Made by a program: the position numbers and the translations under genes. Positions 11,101 to 19,014 of a stretch of 24,810 bases of DNA are shown here, piece after piece (the stretch's first letter is position 1; every line of letters starts with the position of its first letter). Under the pieces are notes generated by a model that saw only the letters and a list, made by a program, of their open reading frames with translations, was not told the DNA's origin and ran no database searches. The DNA lies in IMG/VR virus record IMGVR_UViG_3300022178_000501, positions 1 to 24,810 of that record, one strand, 5' to 3'. This DNA comes from a virus. Lineage: Duplodnaviria; Caudoviricetes.

Positions 11101-12293
11101 TTTATGCCAACATCTACATTTTTCATTTCTTCTTCTATTTCAACGCGTCTAGCATTAATCTCAGCTATACGTGCAGAATTGTCTATAACCTTTGGTGGGT
11201 TATAATATTTTGTATATAACTCTGTTAGCGCATCCTTATCACCTCTAGCACCTTTTAATATGTATGCTTGGGCTTCAGGGTTCATCATTAGTTTAGTTAA
11301 TGCCAATGCACGTTGAGCATCTAAAGATAATTTACCTGCATCTTTATGTGTGTATGCTGCCTCTAATGACTTAGGCATTTTAAAATCAGGGTTTTGTGCT
11401 TTAGCTATATTTCCATAGTAATTAAGTAATTCTGTTATTTCTTCTCTACCAATTTGAAATACACCAGTTTTAGTATTTGTTTCGTTTTGTATGTTTCTGT
11501 TACTAGACTCCATACCAGATATAAATGATAAGAATTCGTTTATTGTTCCTAAATCATCATCTTCTAAATTTTGTGTGTTTTTTATTGAATTTAAAATAAG
11601 CATACTAGCAGGGCCAGTAGTAACTGTAGTGTTAAGTATTGGCAGTTTAGCGTCTTCTTTTGGCCTTCTTATAGATTTATATTTTTTGCCATCAATTGTG
11701 ACTAAATAATTAGGATTTCTGTTTACTAACTTTTTTTGTCCATCATCTAATTGATCATAATAAATTAAACCTTTTGCTTTCATGTCTGCTTCTCTAGCAG
11801 CAATAGCAGCTTGTTCTTCAGCTATTGTGGCAAAAAGTTGTTCGTTGTAGTCAGGTGTTTTACCAAATGCAATTGAGTCAGGTTTTTTAATAACCTGATC
11901 TGTCATTGTTAATATATTTGTTGTATCTAGGTTAACAGTGTCACCATTTTTAATAGGTGCTGTGCTTATCTCATTGTTATTTTTATTAACTTCTGTAAAG
12001 TTTGTAGCAGTTGAACCATCTTTTTTAGCGTTTTTTTCTGCCCAAGTAGTGCTTACATCGTTTGAGGCAGTTGTATTGTTGCTTTCTGTATTAGCAGCAT
12101 AAGTATTACTGCTAAGATCACTGTCTACTAACGGTTCTATTGTTGTACGCTCAATACCGTAAAATTTATCTATTTGATTATTAGAAAACCCTGCTTGTAT
12201 AAGCAATGGACGTTGATCATTAATATGACCAATAATTGATTCATCATCAAATCCTGCTAATTTAAGTTGTGATGCAGTTATGCCAACAGCCAT
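5190..12293 (-). CDS. Large internal virion / DNA-ejection protein (T7 gp16 position), multidomain polyvalent-like
   Basis: 2367-aa ORF between the gp15-position gene and the tail fibre. Contains a Gly/Ala-rich hydrophobic segment, an HEIGH motif, an ES...GVFQ lysozyme-like motif and an LPD38-like C-terminal pattern (YIIIPLG...YFRIPQDE). Confidence 0.8.
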   Translation of the reverse strand: MAVGITASQLKLAGFDDESIIGHINDQRPLLIQAGFSNNQIDKFYGIERTTIEPLVDSDLSSNTYAANTESNNTTASNDVSTTWAEKNAKKDGSTATNFTEVNKNNNEISTAPIKNGDTVNLDTTNILTMTDQVIKKPDSIAFGKTPDYNEQLFATIAEEQAAIAAREADMKAKGLIYYDQLDDGQKKLVNRNPNYLVTIDGKKYKSIRRPKEDAKLPILNTTVTTGPASMLILNSIKNTQNLEDDDLGTINEFLSFISGMESSNRNIQNETNTKTGVFQIGREEITELLNYYGNIAKAQNPDFKMPKSLEAAYTHKDAGKLSLDAQRALALTKLMMNPEAQAYILKGARGDKDALTELYTKYYNPPKVIDNSARIAEINARRVEIEEEMKNVDVGIKDFVESGGLFNADPNEFKNLDFENRTMDMFLNELDELTLEMDALTGVNRDTDAFNARVDEYMGAWNTLKYEYELPQLATWGGDILTPDEDDWAITKFMKDSWAGRKFVKYTGGAGDKNVFGAGYSMSTMGLIQAYHTAVTEDGVDPQAAYEQIFMHQAQNFPQEIIQSAITLTADLPMMGLGFVTGAGTGMALTAATGGAAAPATPFIALGFSFGLPETVRDVYMRAMLNGEVNDFDELLDEIMRVQSLKTFGKYTTVGAATYGTGKAIKAVGGGRKTQMAGEVGTLVTLSSVLEGQVPTRKDFAHAAVLIFGLHGAAGGINKLYHVYKKYGVHPRDMQTLSQRREDVKTDLLDPDIIEPRALAELNDAFIAGLEKEAGIKLVEPPKFEPNTKVAIEPSGSREATVLNRQEINGEVILEVKLDNGEIVHVKEIDVRAPMEATNEVINVTKDGKIEITEKVETNFGERQTKGEFNTDIVEVAARKAELAKNDNLGKAPEKIAEDIRLISKTETVIQSKETIGTPDVFVNLKAMPEVAASIKTNLSKPSVKMENTSAVIAENFKVVRKQDAISRVQEVFHVTRDGPSTRKVDSIVYRTNKGQNIAFPRSVVESLATYKYTTKDGKIETGNTKFGVIDDVLVVLEKDLQFYKGQIIAAVRGEKINGQLDHQANSYYNTHIAKKDRVFPDTETKFRTDERVESSKGDDTWGIPNEPPPEMPINAQYKKLYNKSKGLDTFDLVELVEVLINRTPIVERMNKAGLRGYFQFGKVKDGIPQKMSKEELKVVVSRALQENPKDFTMTLAHEIGHLIDYLPAETMSKGNILGSLAALKGYMNKWIDGKADGAQILSKAEIAKLKKEAEVEAAKKEPKVDKEITEDLQITPEKILDIFRVPDIKNKINKEFYEAFVKMDGKLKKLITKSAMRGMIDPHIKSLVDRINGKKPKTEAEAKMSEEAAEIFKRKFETEIRNRGLVSRQEITAELQALSALWKPFNRQADPKYTAYRDNPRELMADFMMAYLLRPQWTMLNAPKSWQMFNYHMYKRPEVKAQYEKVQNEINAGSDARFSSMVNRISNKFVDSKIQIYDGMERAWKPNQFDAIKIDVIDTMSWFYRRFGGQNGMWGKNKEGQSRWMDKETMNLNARQENYRYRHAGMQRYTETIDAQVVRPIEAAGYNSSMLSTMLLLRNLAVSQQRMGKANPMGLWAQIKAMGKEGEAIANEFVGERTPLEAYQWFAKEHPMLDQAATKFYELRRKYVFPLIIESKAFDKATLDKILNNEAYINFNVLKYALERLDRSGGNNISSASFSKATEGTLADIVDPLLATMQKDMLIMSELKRNRMIHDSILWMQKNKDWIETFDAKKMANKGFAKYGTWKDVVVEKAKYIDKGKVEPPPAGMETIAFMLNGKYRYYHVNKFAAQTFKRNPHEFVRLMTYAASANNFFRTIFTEYNPYFWAKNNFRDMGRSVRNLPNARYFDFAGGGKHSVVKYWFKSLKPTWKSIMGNRKGTELTNWMESEGFLISQMEGYRGKAGEAALAKMFEKGTLTPDQFVVEKMLQRMSPKEYSSMYDKTMGRFFQAISDFAKFQERSYKVAGTMYLKDMIKRGEISMSTQEMMLKIQGDVGSPSFLRTAKYHQVTNNILIFSNAMKEGVRGDYVRLREDPLSVTTKFMAYNVAPKLIQKAMKYGLFGTALATFYAGVNKYDEQNYIIIPLGYTKSGKPIYFRIPQDESARVMNGFIGLTADMVLGDGEIGLQNFMQALESDVMPSLNPIIPLIADTIKFASGGNPIDNFRGEYALDDDVWKAQNIKTQTEALKYMWNTYGGSSIYRLRSDDPTEIVDELEEILKIPLAGQLANVFIKVGEHPVKMDIFKDFKLLDRQNSRESLIFKDAMKKIISQDDTPLTAEEIKVIAKRSDYIKNNTMLYDALSKSTGGTDILSMLIGETDIKKKALIIKNIQNFAQENPADFPLLFQAE

Positions 12294-12295
12294 TA

Positions 12296-14173
12296 TTAAT
12301 TCCCATTAGGCAAGACTATCATACTTTGTGAACTTTCACCGCCTATTACATCGCTTCGTAGGAATGAAGGTTGCCCAGTATTAGAGCCTGCTTGTTTAAT
12401 ATTCCATGTTTGTAATCTTAGTAAATACGTATTAATATCTTCATTTTCACCTCTAGGCGGCACTATTGTATTATTTTGTGAACCTCTAGCTACACCGTTA
12501 CTATTTACATAATTTGCCCATCCTACAGGGTCTATTCTGTAATTACCCATTTTGTCATCTTCAAATATATATGCACCTGTACCTTGTGCTTTTTGTTCAT
12601 AGTTTTTAATTTTATCTGCTTTTACTTGATCTTTGTAAACTTGCGCAAGATCATTAATTAAGTAATCAGGGCTGTTTGGGTTCATAAGCATATTGAACAT
12701 AGATATGCCTTTTTTCTCACCTTCAGCAATTAAACGTGTTAAATTATTAACAGCCGTATATGCTGTCATATCCATATTAGAACCTATAATATTAGATATT
12801 TGTGCAGCTACATTTTCACCACTAAGATTTTGCATACTATCTAATTGACTTAAAATATCAGGTGGCGCACCTGCTTCTTTCATAACAACTCTAACTGCAT
12901 TTTTATACATAAGAATTTTGTTTGAATTTGCATCTTTTTGGAATTTTTCAACTTGTGAAATAAGTGCTGTAGCACGTTCAGGTTTTAATCTACCGTTTGC
13001 AGCAGCCGCTATTATTACATCTTTTTCTTCCTCTGTATCAATAGCTTTACTTAAAACCATAGCTGTAAGAATACCATCTGTTTTTATACCATCTGGCGTA
13101 TCCCAATATTTAGTTGCAGTATTAAGTGAAGATAGTGCAGTGCTATATGCAGATGCTAATGTTTTCTTTGTTGTGCCTTCTAATGTCGTATTAGCTTCTA
13201 AATCTGATAAAAATGTAGAATCTTGTTTACCTTGATAAATGCCTATTAATCTATTGTTAAAAGCATTGTTATCTGCTTTTTGATTTACAGTAATTTGGTT
13301 TGTATCAAATGTATCTTGTTCATTAGATTTTACTCTAGCATCTTTAATAAATGCTGCTCTAGCAGGGTCATCTACAGTAAGTGGTTTACCATCTACATCA
13401 AACATTTCTACAGTTGGGTCTGCAGCCTTTTCAGCTACTTTAGACCAGTCTGTAGTTGTGACACCGTTTGGATTTTTATAGACAGGAATTTTACTATTTT
13501 CACCTGATTGTAACAACATCATTTGATTGTTAACTTTACCTAATAAAGCATCATAACCAGTGTCTAATGTTCCTTGATCAAAAGTAGCAAGACCTTTGTA
13601 GGGAGTATATTTTGTGTTAACCCAATCTTCCCAGTTACCTGTAAGTTGTGCTACTGATGTAGACCTATCTATTGATAATTCTGTTTGATTATAATTAGTA
13701 TTGTATGCTGTTATAGATTGGGCATTTCTAGTTTTACTAATATGTCCTTGAACATTAATCTTACCCTCCATAAATACTTTGTTATGGTGAGGTTCGTACC
13801 TGCTCCATGCGTATTCATCAAATACACCATCTGTTGTAAATTTATCTTTTTTTATTTTTGCAGTATGTGCTTTCCAATCTTTTTCATATTCAGGTAAAAA
13901 CTTTTTGTAATCTTTACGTGTTTCTAAACCAAAGTTAAAATCGTTGGCTCTCATCATACTATCGCCTTCAGCAGACGTAGCTAAATCTAAAATCTCTTGA
14001 TCACGTTGTCTTGCAACATGTTCTACTTTTTGCGTTGCAAATGTTGATACAGCATCTAACATGCTTTGGCCTAGATTAACCATGCCTTGTGCGCTGCCTA
14101 CACCTGTAGTAAGCGTTCTACCGCTTTGTATTGGTGCGCTGCCTACATTGCCTGTATATCTAGGTATCTTCAT
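12296..14173 (-). CDS. Internal virion protein (T7 gp15 position)
   Basis: 625 aa starting MKIPRY, a start pattern I associate with podovirus internal proteins. Helical composition; lies between the gp14- and gp16-position genes. The call rests mainly on synteny. Confidence 0.68.
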   Translation of the reverse strand: MKIPRYTGNVGSAPIQSGRTLTTGVGSAQGMVNLGQSMLDAVSTFATQKVEHVARQRDQEILDLATSAEGDSMMRANDFNFGLETRKDYKKFLPEYEKDWKAHTAKIKKDKFTTDGVFDEYAWSRYEPHHNKVFMEGKINVQGHISKTRNAQSITAYNTNYNQTELSIDRSTSVAQLTGNWEDWVNTKYTPYKGLATFDQGTLDTGYDALLGKVNNQMMLLQSGENSKIPVYKNPNGVTTTDWSKVAEKAADPTVEMFDVDGKPLTVDDPARAAFIKDARVKSNEQDTFDTNQITVNQKADNNAFNNRLIGIYQGKQDSTFLSDLEANTTLEGTTKKTLASAYSTALSSLNTATKYWDTPDGIKTDGILTAMVLSKAIDTEEEKDVIIAAAANGRLKPERATALISQVEKFQKDANSNKILMYKNAVRVVMKEAGAPPDILSQLDSMQNLSGENVAAQISNIIGSNMDMTAYTAVNNLTRLIAEGEKKGISMFNMLMNPNSPDYLINDLAQVYKDQVKADKIKNYEQKAQGTGAYIFEDDKMGNYRIDPVGWANYVNSNGVARGSQNNTIVPPRGENEDINTYLLRLQTWNIKQAGSNTGQPSFLRSDVIGGESSQSMIVLPNGN

Positions 14174-14619
14174 TATACTTTAGTCCCATATTTTGCAGCA
14201 TTATCCATATTTGCTTTATATGAGCCTGCACTTGCTGCTGTATTAAACAATGATTGCCCTATAGCAAAATTAGCATTAGCTATTTCACCTGCTAGCGCAG
14301 AATCACCTGCTTGTGTTTTAGCCCATAATCCTTTTTCTAAATACCACATATCTGTTTCAAATTCTTCTATATCTGCGTTTGCAACAATTAAACTACTACC
14401 TGTAAACATTTGTGCGCCTGATGCTCCGCCTACAGCACGTGCTAAACTCATACGTTTTTTTTCATCTGTTAAACGTTTTTGTTTTTCGTAATTAAAATTT
14501 AATTCATTTTCATATTTATTCCACGCAGCATTAGCTTTTAAATTTTTCTTCTGCTGTTGGATACCCATAACCGTAACTGCGGTTGAAGCAACCATTGCAG
14601 GAATTACCCACCATGCCAT
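14173..14619 (-). CDS. Internal virion protein (T7 gp14-like)
   Basis: 148 aa with GAGGAGG SD. Hydrophobic N-terminus MAWWVIPAMVASTAVTVMG, a helical middle with GASGAQMFTGSSL, and position after tail tubular B. Confidence 0.72.
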   Translation of the reverse strand: MAWWVIPAMVASTAVTVMGIQQQKKNLKANAAWNKYENELNFNYEKQKRLTDEKKRMSLARAVGGASGAQMFTGSSLIVANADIEEFETDMWYLEKGLWAKTQAGDSALAGEIANANFAIGQSLFNTAASAGSYKANMDNAAKYGTKV

Positions 14620-14633
14620 TTTAGTATCCTCCT

Positions 14634-16883
14634 CTAATCACTTGTCACCAACGTTCCAGTTATACCAAGAACCGTCATTGGTAAGGGTTGTGTTTGTTCA
14701 ATTGTAATTTTACCTTCTCTATCCCATCCAGTATTTGTTACACGTTTATCACCTGTAAATGGGGGTATGTTTTGCCCAACGGGTGTAGAAGATGATCTAA
14801 ACGGTACTTGATCATCGTTAATTGTTACACCTACTGTTTCAAATAATCTTACTGCCACTTCATTCCACCTTTTAGGCCTGTTTTGCGCTGACCCTGCTTG
14901 TGCGCCTGCCTCAATACGCATAGTAGTCATTTTGCTAACATATCCTAGGCCTATTTCTACGTTTTGAAATCCTGAAGTAGATGGCAACGTTACTGTAATT
15001 TGACCATTAGTAACTGTTTGATCTGGGTATACAGCATCACCTACTAACACTTGTACTGTTTGACCTTCTAAATGATCTAAGTTTGTTAGTGTACCTGATG
15101 TTCCGTTTACTAATCCGTTTAATGTAGAGTCCATATTTAGCGTTGGGTCTAAGTATTCAACATATTGTTTTTTTGTGCCGTTAATTGTTCTTTCAACAAC
15201 AGTCCAAACTTCCGTTGTATCACCTACTGGAAATGACGCAATAGATTTAACTTTTGCATGATTTTTAATAATATGTGTTCCTGAACCTGTGCCTATTTGA
15301 TGTACGGTTCTATCTACAGCTTGTTTATATGTTCTAGCTAATTCTATTGTGTTAGCGTCTATTTTTATAACATAGTACGTTGTACCATTTATTAGACCGC
15401 CAATGTCTGCATTCCCATTATTGTCATATATAATTGGGTCGCCTGTTACATAACCATGGGCTGAAATAGTAAAATACCCATTTTGGTCAGAGTCAGATGT
15501 ATAAGCTACTAATGCTGAAGATGTATCAATACTATGTTGTATGTAACCGCCAAGTATATGTCTATGCCATGCAATAACATCTTCTTCACGTTTATATGTC
15601 ATACCTAATAACATACCATCATCACGCACAGCCCAATAAATACTTTCAGGTTCTTGCGCATATGTAACATCTTTAATGCCTGTGCCAGTAATATGTTCTG
15701 CTAATAAACACATATCTGGTGCTGAATACGCATCATCTTCAAATTGATACGCAAATTCTCTTATTTTTTTTCTTTCTTTTTGTACAAACAAAATAACGTT
15801 ACCTACTTGTATTGGTTCTGTTGTCCATCCACCGTAAGTAGTTTGTTGTGTAATTGTTACATTGTCTGGTTTTAAAGGTTCACCTGTTGGTCTACCTACT
15901 TTAAATTCACCGCCTGCTGTACCTACAACAAGATCACGGGCAGGTGCTAACCATCTAATTACGTTTACTCTGTTTGCTGCAATTGTATAAATAAAAGCAT
16001 CTGCAGCATCACCACTGCCTACATCAAAATTTGTATATAAACCTGATTGTGATGCCCATATAGTTTGTGGATATGCAGTTGAACCACCAAATACTAAACG
16101 TTGTTCATAAAAAGATACTGTACGCGGATACCCGTTGCTTCCACTCCAAGCTGCTGTTGTGCCATCATCTAAAAATGGGCCATTTGTAAATGTTTCATTA
16201 CCAATAGACCATGATGAATGCCCTGTTCTTGTTAATTTTTGTGGTGATATTGTTTCATGCACAATGTACATAATATCTGCAGATTGTGTGTATTGTATTT
16301 CATACAACATACTTTCGGTGATGCTAGTAGAAATCTCATAAATTTTGTTCGCATCACCACCGCTAGTATACGTTGTATAAGCAGTGCTGTTTATATTATT
16401 TCCATCCAAGTCTTGTAGTTCAAACGTGTTAGTAGTTTTATTAGCTACTTTATAACGTTTGCCGTTTATTTCTGTCATACCTCCAACAAGTGTTATTATA
16501 ACTTCATTGCCATTAGAATAACCATGGCTAGATGCTGTAACTACTGCAGGATTTGCTTTTGTTATACCTGTTATTGTTTTGTCATTTTCTGTAATAATAC
16601 CGTTATCTTTGTAAAAACGTATGTATTGATCACCAAATTCAAGGCAATAGCTTTGTTCTACGTTAAATTCAAAAGGTATTAATCTTACTGTTTTTGTGCT
16701 GTCTTTTACAGGCCCAACAAATCTAGTGCCATATCTACGTGCTGCACCTCCCTGCGGAAATACAGTCATATTTTGTAACAACTCTAATCCGTTAGCATAT
16801 TTTTTAAAATCAATTTGCCCTGCTAACTTTGGTGTAAGTTCGCCTGCTGTAAAATTTGATTGAAAAGGGTGTACTCTCGCCAT
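14634..16883 (-). CDS. Tail tubular protein B / nozzle (T7 gp12-like) with inserted beta domains
   Basis: 749 aa: QSNFTAGELTP, PQGGAARRYGTRF, RLIPFEFN, GYPRTVSFYEQRLVFGG, AWHRH, LDHLEGQTV, QTQPLPMTVLGI. Confidence 0.88.
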   Translation of the reverse strand: MARVHPFQSNFTAGELTPKLAGQIDFKKYANGLELLQNMTVFPQGGAARRYGTRFVGPVKDSTKTVRLIPFEFNVEQSYCLEFGDQYIRFYKDNGIITENDKTITGITKANPAVVTASSHGYSNGNEVIITLVGGMTEINGKRYKVANKTTNTFELQDLDGNNINSTAYTTYTSGGDANKIYEISTSITESMLYEIQYTQSADIMYIVHETISPQKLTRTGHSSWSIGNETFTNGPFLDDGTTAAWSGSNGYPRTVSFYEQRLVFGGSTAYPQTIWASQSGLYTNFDVGSGDAADAFIYTIAANRVNVIRWLAPARDLVVGTAGGEFKVGRPTGEPLKPDNVTITQQTTYGGWTTEPIQVGNVILFVQKERKKIREFAYQFEDDAYSAPDMCLLAEHITGTGIKDVTYAQEPESIYWAVRDDGMLLGMTYKREEDVIAWHRHILGGYIQHSIDTSSALVAYTSDSDQNGYFTISAHGYVTGDPIIYDNNGNADIGGLINGTTYYVIKIDANTIELARTYKQAVDRTVHQIGTGSGTHIIKNHAKVKSIASFPVGDTTEVWTVVERTINGTKKQYVEYLDPTLNMDSTLNGLVNGTSGTLTNLDHLEGQTVQVLVGDAVYPDQTVTNGQITVTLPSTSGFQNVEIGLGYVSKMTTMRIEAGAQAGSAQNRPKRWNEVAVRLFETVGVTINDDQVPFRSSSTPVGQNIPPFTGDKRVTNTGWDREGKITIEQTQPLPMTVLGITGTLVTSD

Positions 16884-17461
16884 TATTTTCTAAAGTCCGT
16901 AAATGTGTTAGATACAAGGTCATCAATAAATCCTTCTTGACCATCAACACTACGGGCTTCAGATAGTTTGGCTTGATACATTTTTTCCATCTGAGCCTGT
17001 AGTTGCGCGCTTCCTGTTATTGCATACGCTAAATCTACAGCCAACTTAGATGTTAAGGTTTCTACAAACATAGCATCAAATAACGTTGGGTCAGTAACAC
17101 GGGCAATATACAAAATCTTTGCCGTGCTTTCATCTGTAAGCAAGACCCTGCCACTTGTTGCATCATTTTCTATTTTAAATATATAATCGGGGTGTTCCAT
17201 TTCCAACACACGTAAACAATATGGGTCTGTTGGTAATGCGTACATATGATTGTAACCATATGCAGGAGCAGAAGATAGCCTAGCTAAACTTGCTCTAGTT
17301 ATTGCAAAATTAAATGGATGCGCACGCAATACATGATCACGGGCATCTGTAAAAAAGGCATTACACAAACGCGCTCTTTCAGTATCATCTGTAAGACTTG
17401 TAATAGGTGCATCACCTAACCGTCTTAAAGCGTTACTACATATAGATACGTCTGTTGCCAT
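16883..17461 (-). CDS. Tail tubular protein A / adaptor (T7 gp11-like)
   Basis: 192 aa: ICSNALRRLG...ARDHVLRAHPFNFA...YALPTD...LAVDLAYAITG; follows the capsid genes. Confidence 0.85.
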   Translation of the reverse strand: MATDVSICSNALRRLGDAPITSLTDDTERARLCNAFFTDARDHVLRAHPFNFAITRASLARLSSAPAYGYNHMYALPTDPYCLRVLEMEHPDYIFKIENDATSGRVLLTDESTAKILYIARVTDPTLFDAMFVETLTSKLAVDLAYAITGSAQLQAQMEKMYQAKLSEARSVDGQEGFIDDLVSNTFTDFRK

Positions 17462-17473
17462 TCAAATTCCTTT

Positions 17474-17507
17474 ATATAAAAGAACGGGGGGTTTTATCCC
17501 CCCATCC
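17474..17507 (-). terminator. Rho-independent terminator after the capsid and cement genes
   Basis: Minus strand reads GGAUGGGGGG-AUAAAA-CCCCCCGUUC (10-bp stem including two G-U pairs) followed by UUUUAUAU. Position is analogous to T7 T-phi. Confidence 0.85.
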
Positions 17508-17517
17508 TAATTATTAC

Positions 17518-17982
17518 TTAGTCAGTTACATACTGCATCGTAAGTACAATAGTACCCGTTGCAGCCGCGCCTGCTAAAGTTATTGCCACAGGCAAACCAT
17601 CTGCATTAGCGTCAACTTCAGTTCCGTGACCTAAAGCAATAGTTGCACAAATGTCAGATTTACCTGCTGATGCAGATGAAGCTGCCGCTTTGTACGCTGC
17701 TGCTGAAGCTGAAACTGCTGTTCCTGCTGCATTAGTATGCGCTGCGTAGCCTACAGCTAGAGTAGTAGATGAACCTAGTGCATCATGTGCAATAGAACCA
17801 CTTACAATTCTCGCGCCGTTTGGCAGATTAAACATTTCAACAACATCACCAATTGAAAGTGCAGACGCTTCATAAGTAGCGTAAGCAATTCTAACTCGTC
17901 CTGCTAGTTCATTTGTTTTAATCTTATCAGTTGGGTTATTTTGACTCCAACTGGTCTTCTGTGCTGAGTATACAGTAGCCAT
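17518..17982 (-). CDS. Capsid cement / decoration protein (BPP-1 Bbp16-like, putative)
   Basis: 154 aa, Ala-rich with beta-sandwich-like composition (LPNGARIVSG...LAVG...GTIVLTMQYV). Directly after the major capsid gene, with a strong GGGAGG SD and upstream of the terminator, consistent with a high-copy protein. Confidence 0.6.
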   Translation of the reverse strand: MATVYSAQKTSWSQNNPTDKIKTNELAGRVRIAYATYEASALSIGDVVEMFNLPNGARIVSGSIAHDALGSSTTLAVGYAAHTNAAGTAVSASAAAYKAAASSASAGKSDICATIALGHGTEVDANADGLPVAITLAGAAATGTIVLTMQYVTD

Positions 17983-17996
17983 GTTTTAACCCTCCC

Positions 17997-18857
17997 TTAT
18001 TCGTTGCAAGCAATTTCTACTACTTTTTCGTCTTCTACTCTCGTAGCGCCGATTGTCATAGATAGAAATACCTGTGTTGCGTAATTCTTGTCTGCTCGTT
18101 CAGATATTCTTGTAGAAACATCAGAACCTACAGCAAGCCCAATACCAGACTGGCAAAAAGCCAACACTTGTCTGTCAGAGTTAGAATCAAGCCCTAGTCT
18201 TTCAGTTCTTAGGAATTTAAATCCTAAGTACGTATCAATTTGGCCTTGTACTAACGCCTTAATACTTGCGTAATCTGAAGAAGTAACTTTTTCAAGATTT
18301 AACAAGTTAGACATTTGTTTGCTAGTTACGATCATATACCTTGCTTCATCTGGGTCAACATCGTTAGCATCAAGTTTTTCTTTAGCTTCGATTAGTTTAT
18401 CCAGAGTTAGCCCTGCAGAACCGTGAACGATTTTTTGAGTTGATGGTAATGCAACTGAAGTGCCGCCTGATACACCACCGTATGATGTACCTGTTGCAGC
18501 AGCAATAATTGAATCATCCATTGCTCTACCCATCGCCCAAGCGCCTGCCATAGCATATTCTGATTGAGGGGAAATAAGCATTCTTACCTTATCTTCCTGA
18601 TCAATCAAGTCCGCCCAGTCGTAGTCGTCCATAGTAACTTTCCGTCTACTATGGGGTGTGTCCATTCTAGGTGTGTCAGAGTGTCGCGATGTACGCTTCT
18701 CTGCAGCAACAGACCCTATTCGCTCAAAGAAGTGCGATTTTCCTGTAACCGTTTCCGATCTAACCGCATCCCTTAAACGTGAGCCTTTTTGCTGTGCCAA
18801 ATGGAACACGTTACTTTTGTATTGTTCTACAAAAGCCGTAGTTATTTGCACTGACAT
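17997..18857 (-). CDS. Major capsid protein
   Basis: 286 aa with AAGGAGG SD. ITTAFVEQY...LAQQKGSRLR...DYDWADLIDQEDK...AMGRAMDDSII...LVQGQIDTYLGFKF...GATRVEDEKVV resembles APSE/BPP-1-like capsid proteins; follows the scaffold. Confidence 0.92.
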   Translation of the reverse strand: MSVQITTAFVEQYKSNVFHLAQQKGSRLRDAVRSETVTGKSHFFERIGSVAAEKRTSRHSDTPRMDTPHSRRKVTMDDYDWADLIDQEDKVRMLISPQSEYAMAGAWAMGRAMDDSIIAAATGTSYGGVSGGTSVALPSTQKIVHGSAGLTLDKLIEAKEKLDANDVDPDEARYMIVTSKQMSNLLNLEKVTSSDYASIKALVQGQIDTYLGFKFLRTERLGLDSNSDRQVLAFCQSGIGLAVGSDVSTRISERADKNYATQVFLSMTIGATRVEDEKVVEIACNE

Positions 18858-18892
18858 AGTGTGCCTCCTTTAGTTTAAGTTTAACATTAATC

Positions 18893-19001
18893 GGTTTTTA
18901 TCCTTTTCAGGGAAACCTTACAGTAAACGCACTGTCAAACGGATTTTACGGTATCACACCGAACAACTTAGGTTATCCTACGGGCCTATGTGTTGTATTC
19001 G
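18893..19001 (-). promoter_or_regulatory. Putative structured cis-regulatory RNA leader of the capsid gene
   Basis: Four hairpins. Two share a stem-C-CC..GG-AUAA-stem motif: UAGG C CC GUA GG AUAA CCUA (18988-18969) and GGUUU C CCU GAAA AGG AUAA AAACC (18917-18893). Confidence 0.65.
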
Positions 19002-19005
19002 TTTT

Positions 19006-19014
19006 AATATACCA
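19006..19014 (-). promoter_or_regulatory. Putative extended -10 promoter for the capsid operon
   Basis: TGG-TATATT (TGn plus 4/6 match to TATAAT). The predicted start falls at about the base of the first leader hairpin. No recognisable -35. Confidence 0.4.

Noticed and set aside
17983-18030. T7 gp10B-style frameshift or read-through fusing capsid to the next gene
   Set aside because: No convincing slippery heptamer with downstream structure near the stop. The 14-nt gap is out of frame for read-through, and the next gene has its own strong SD.
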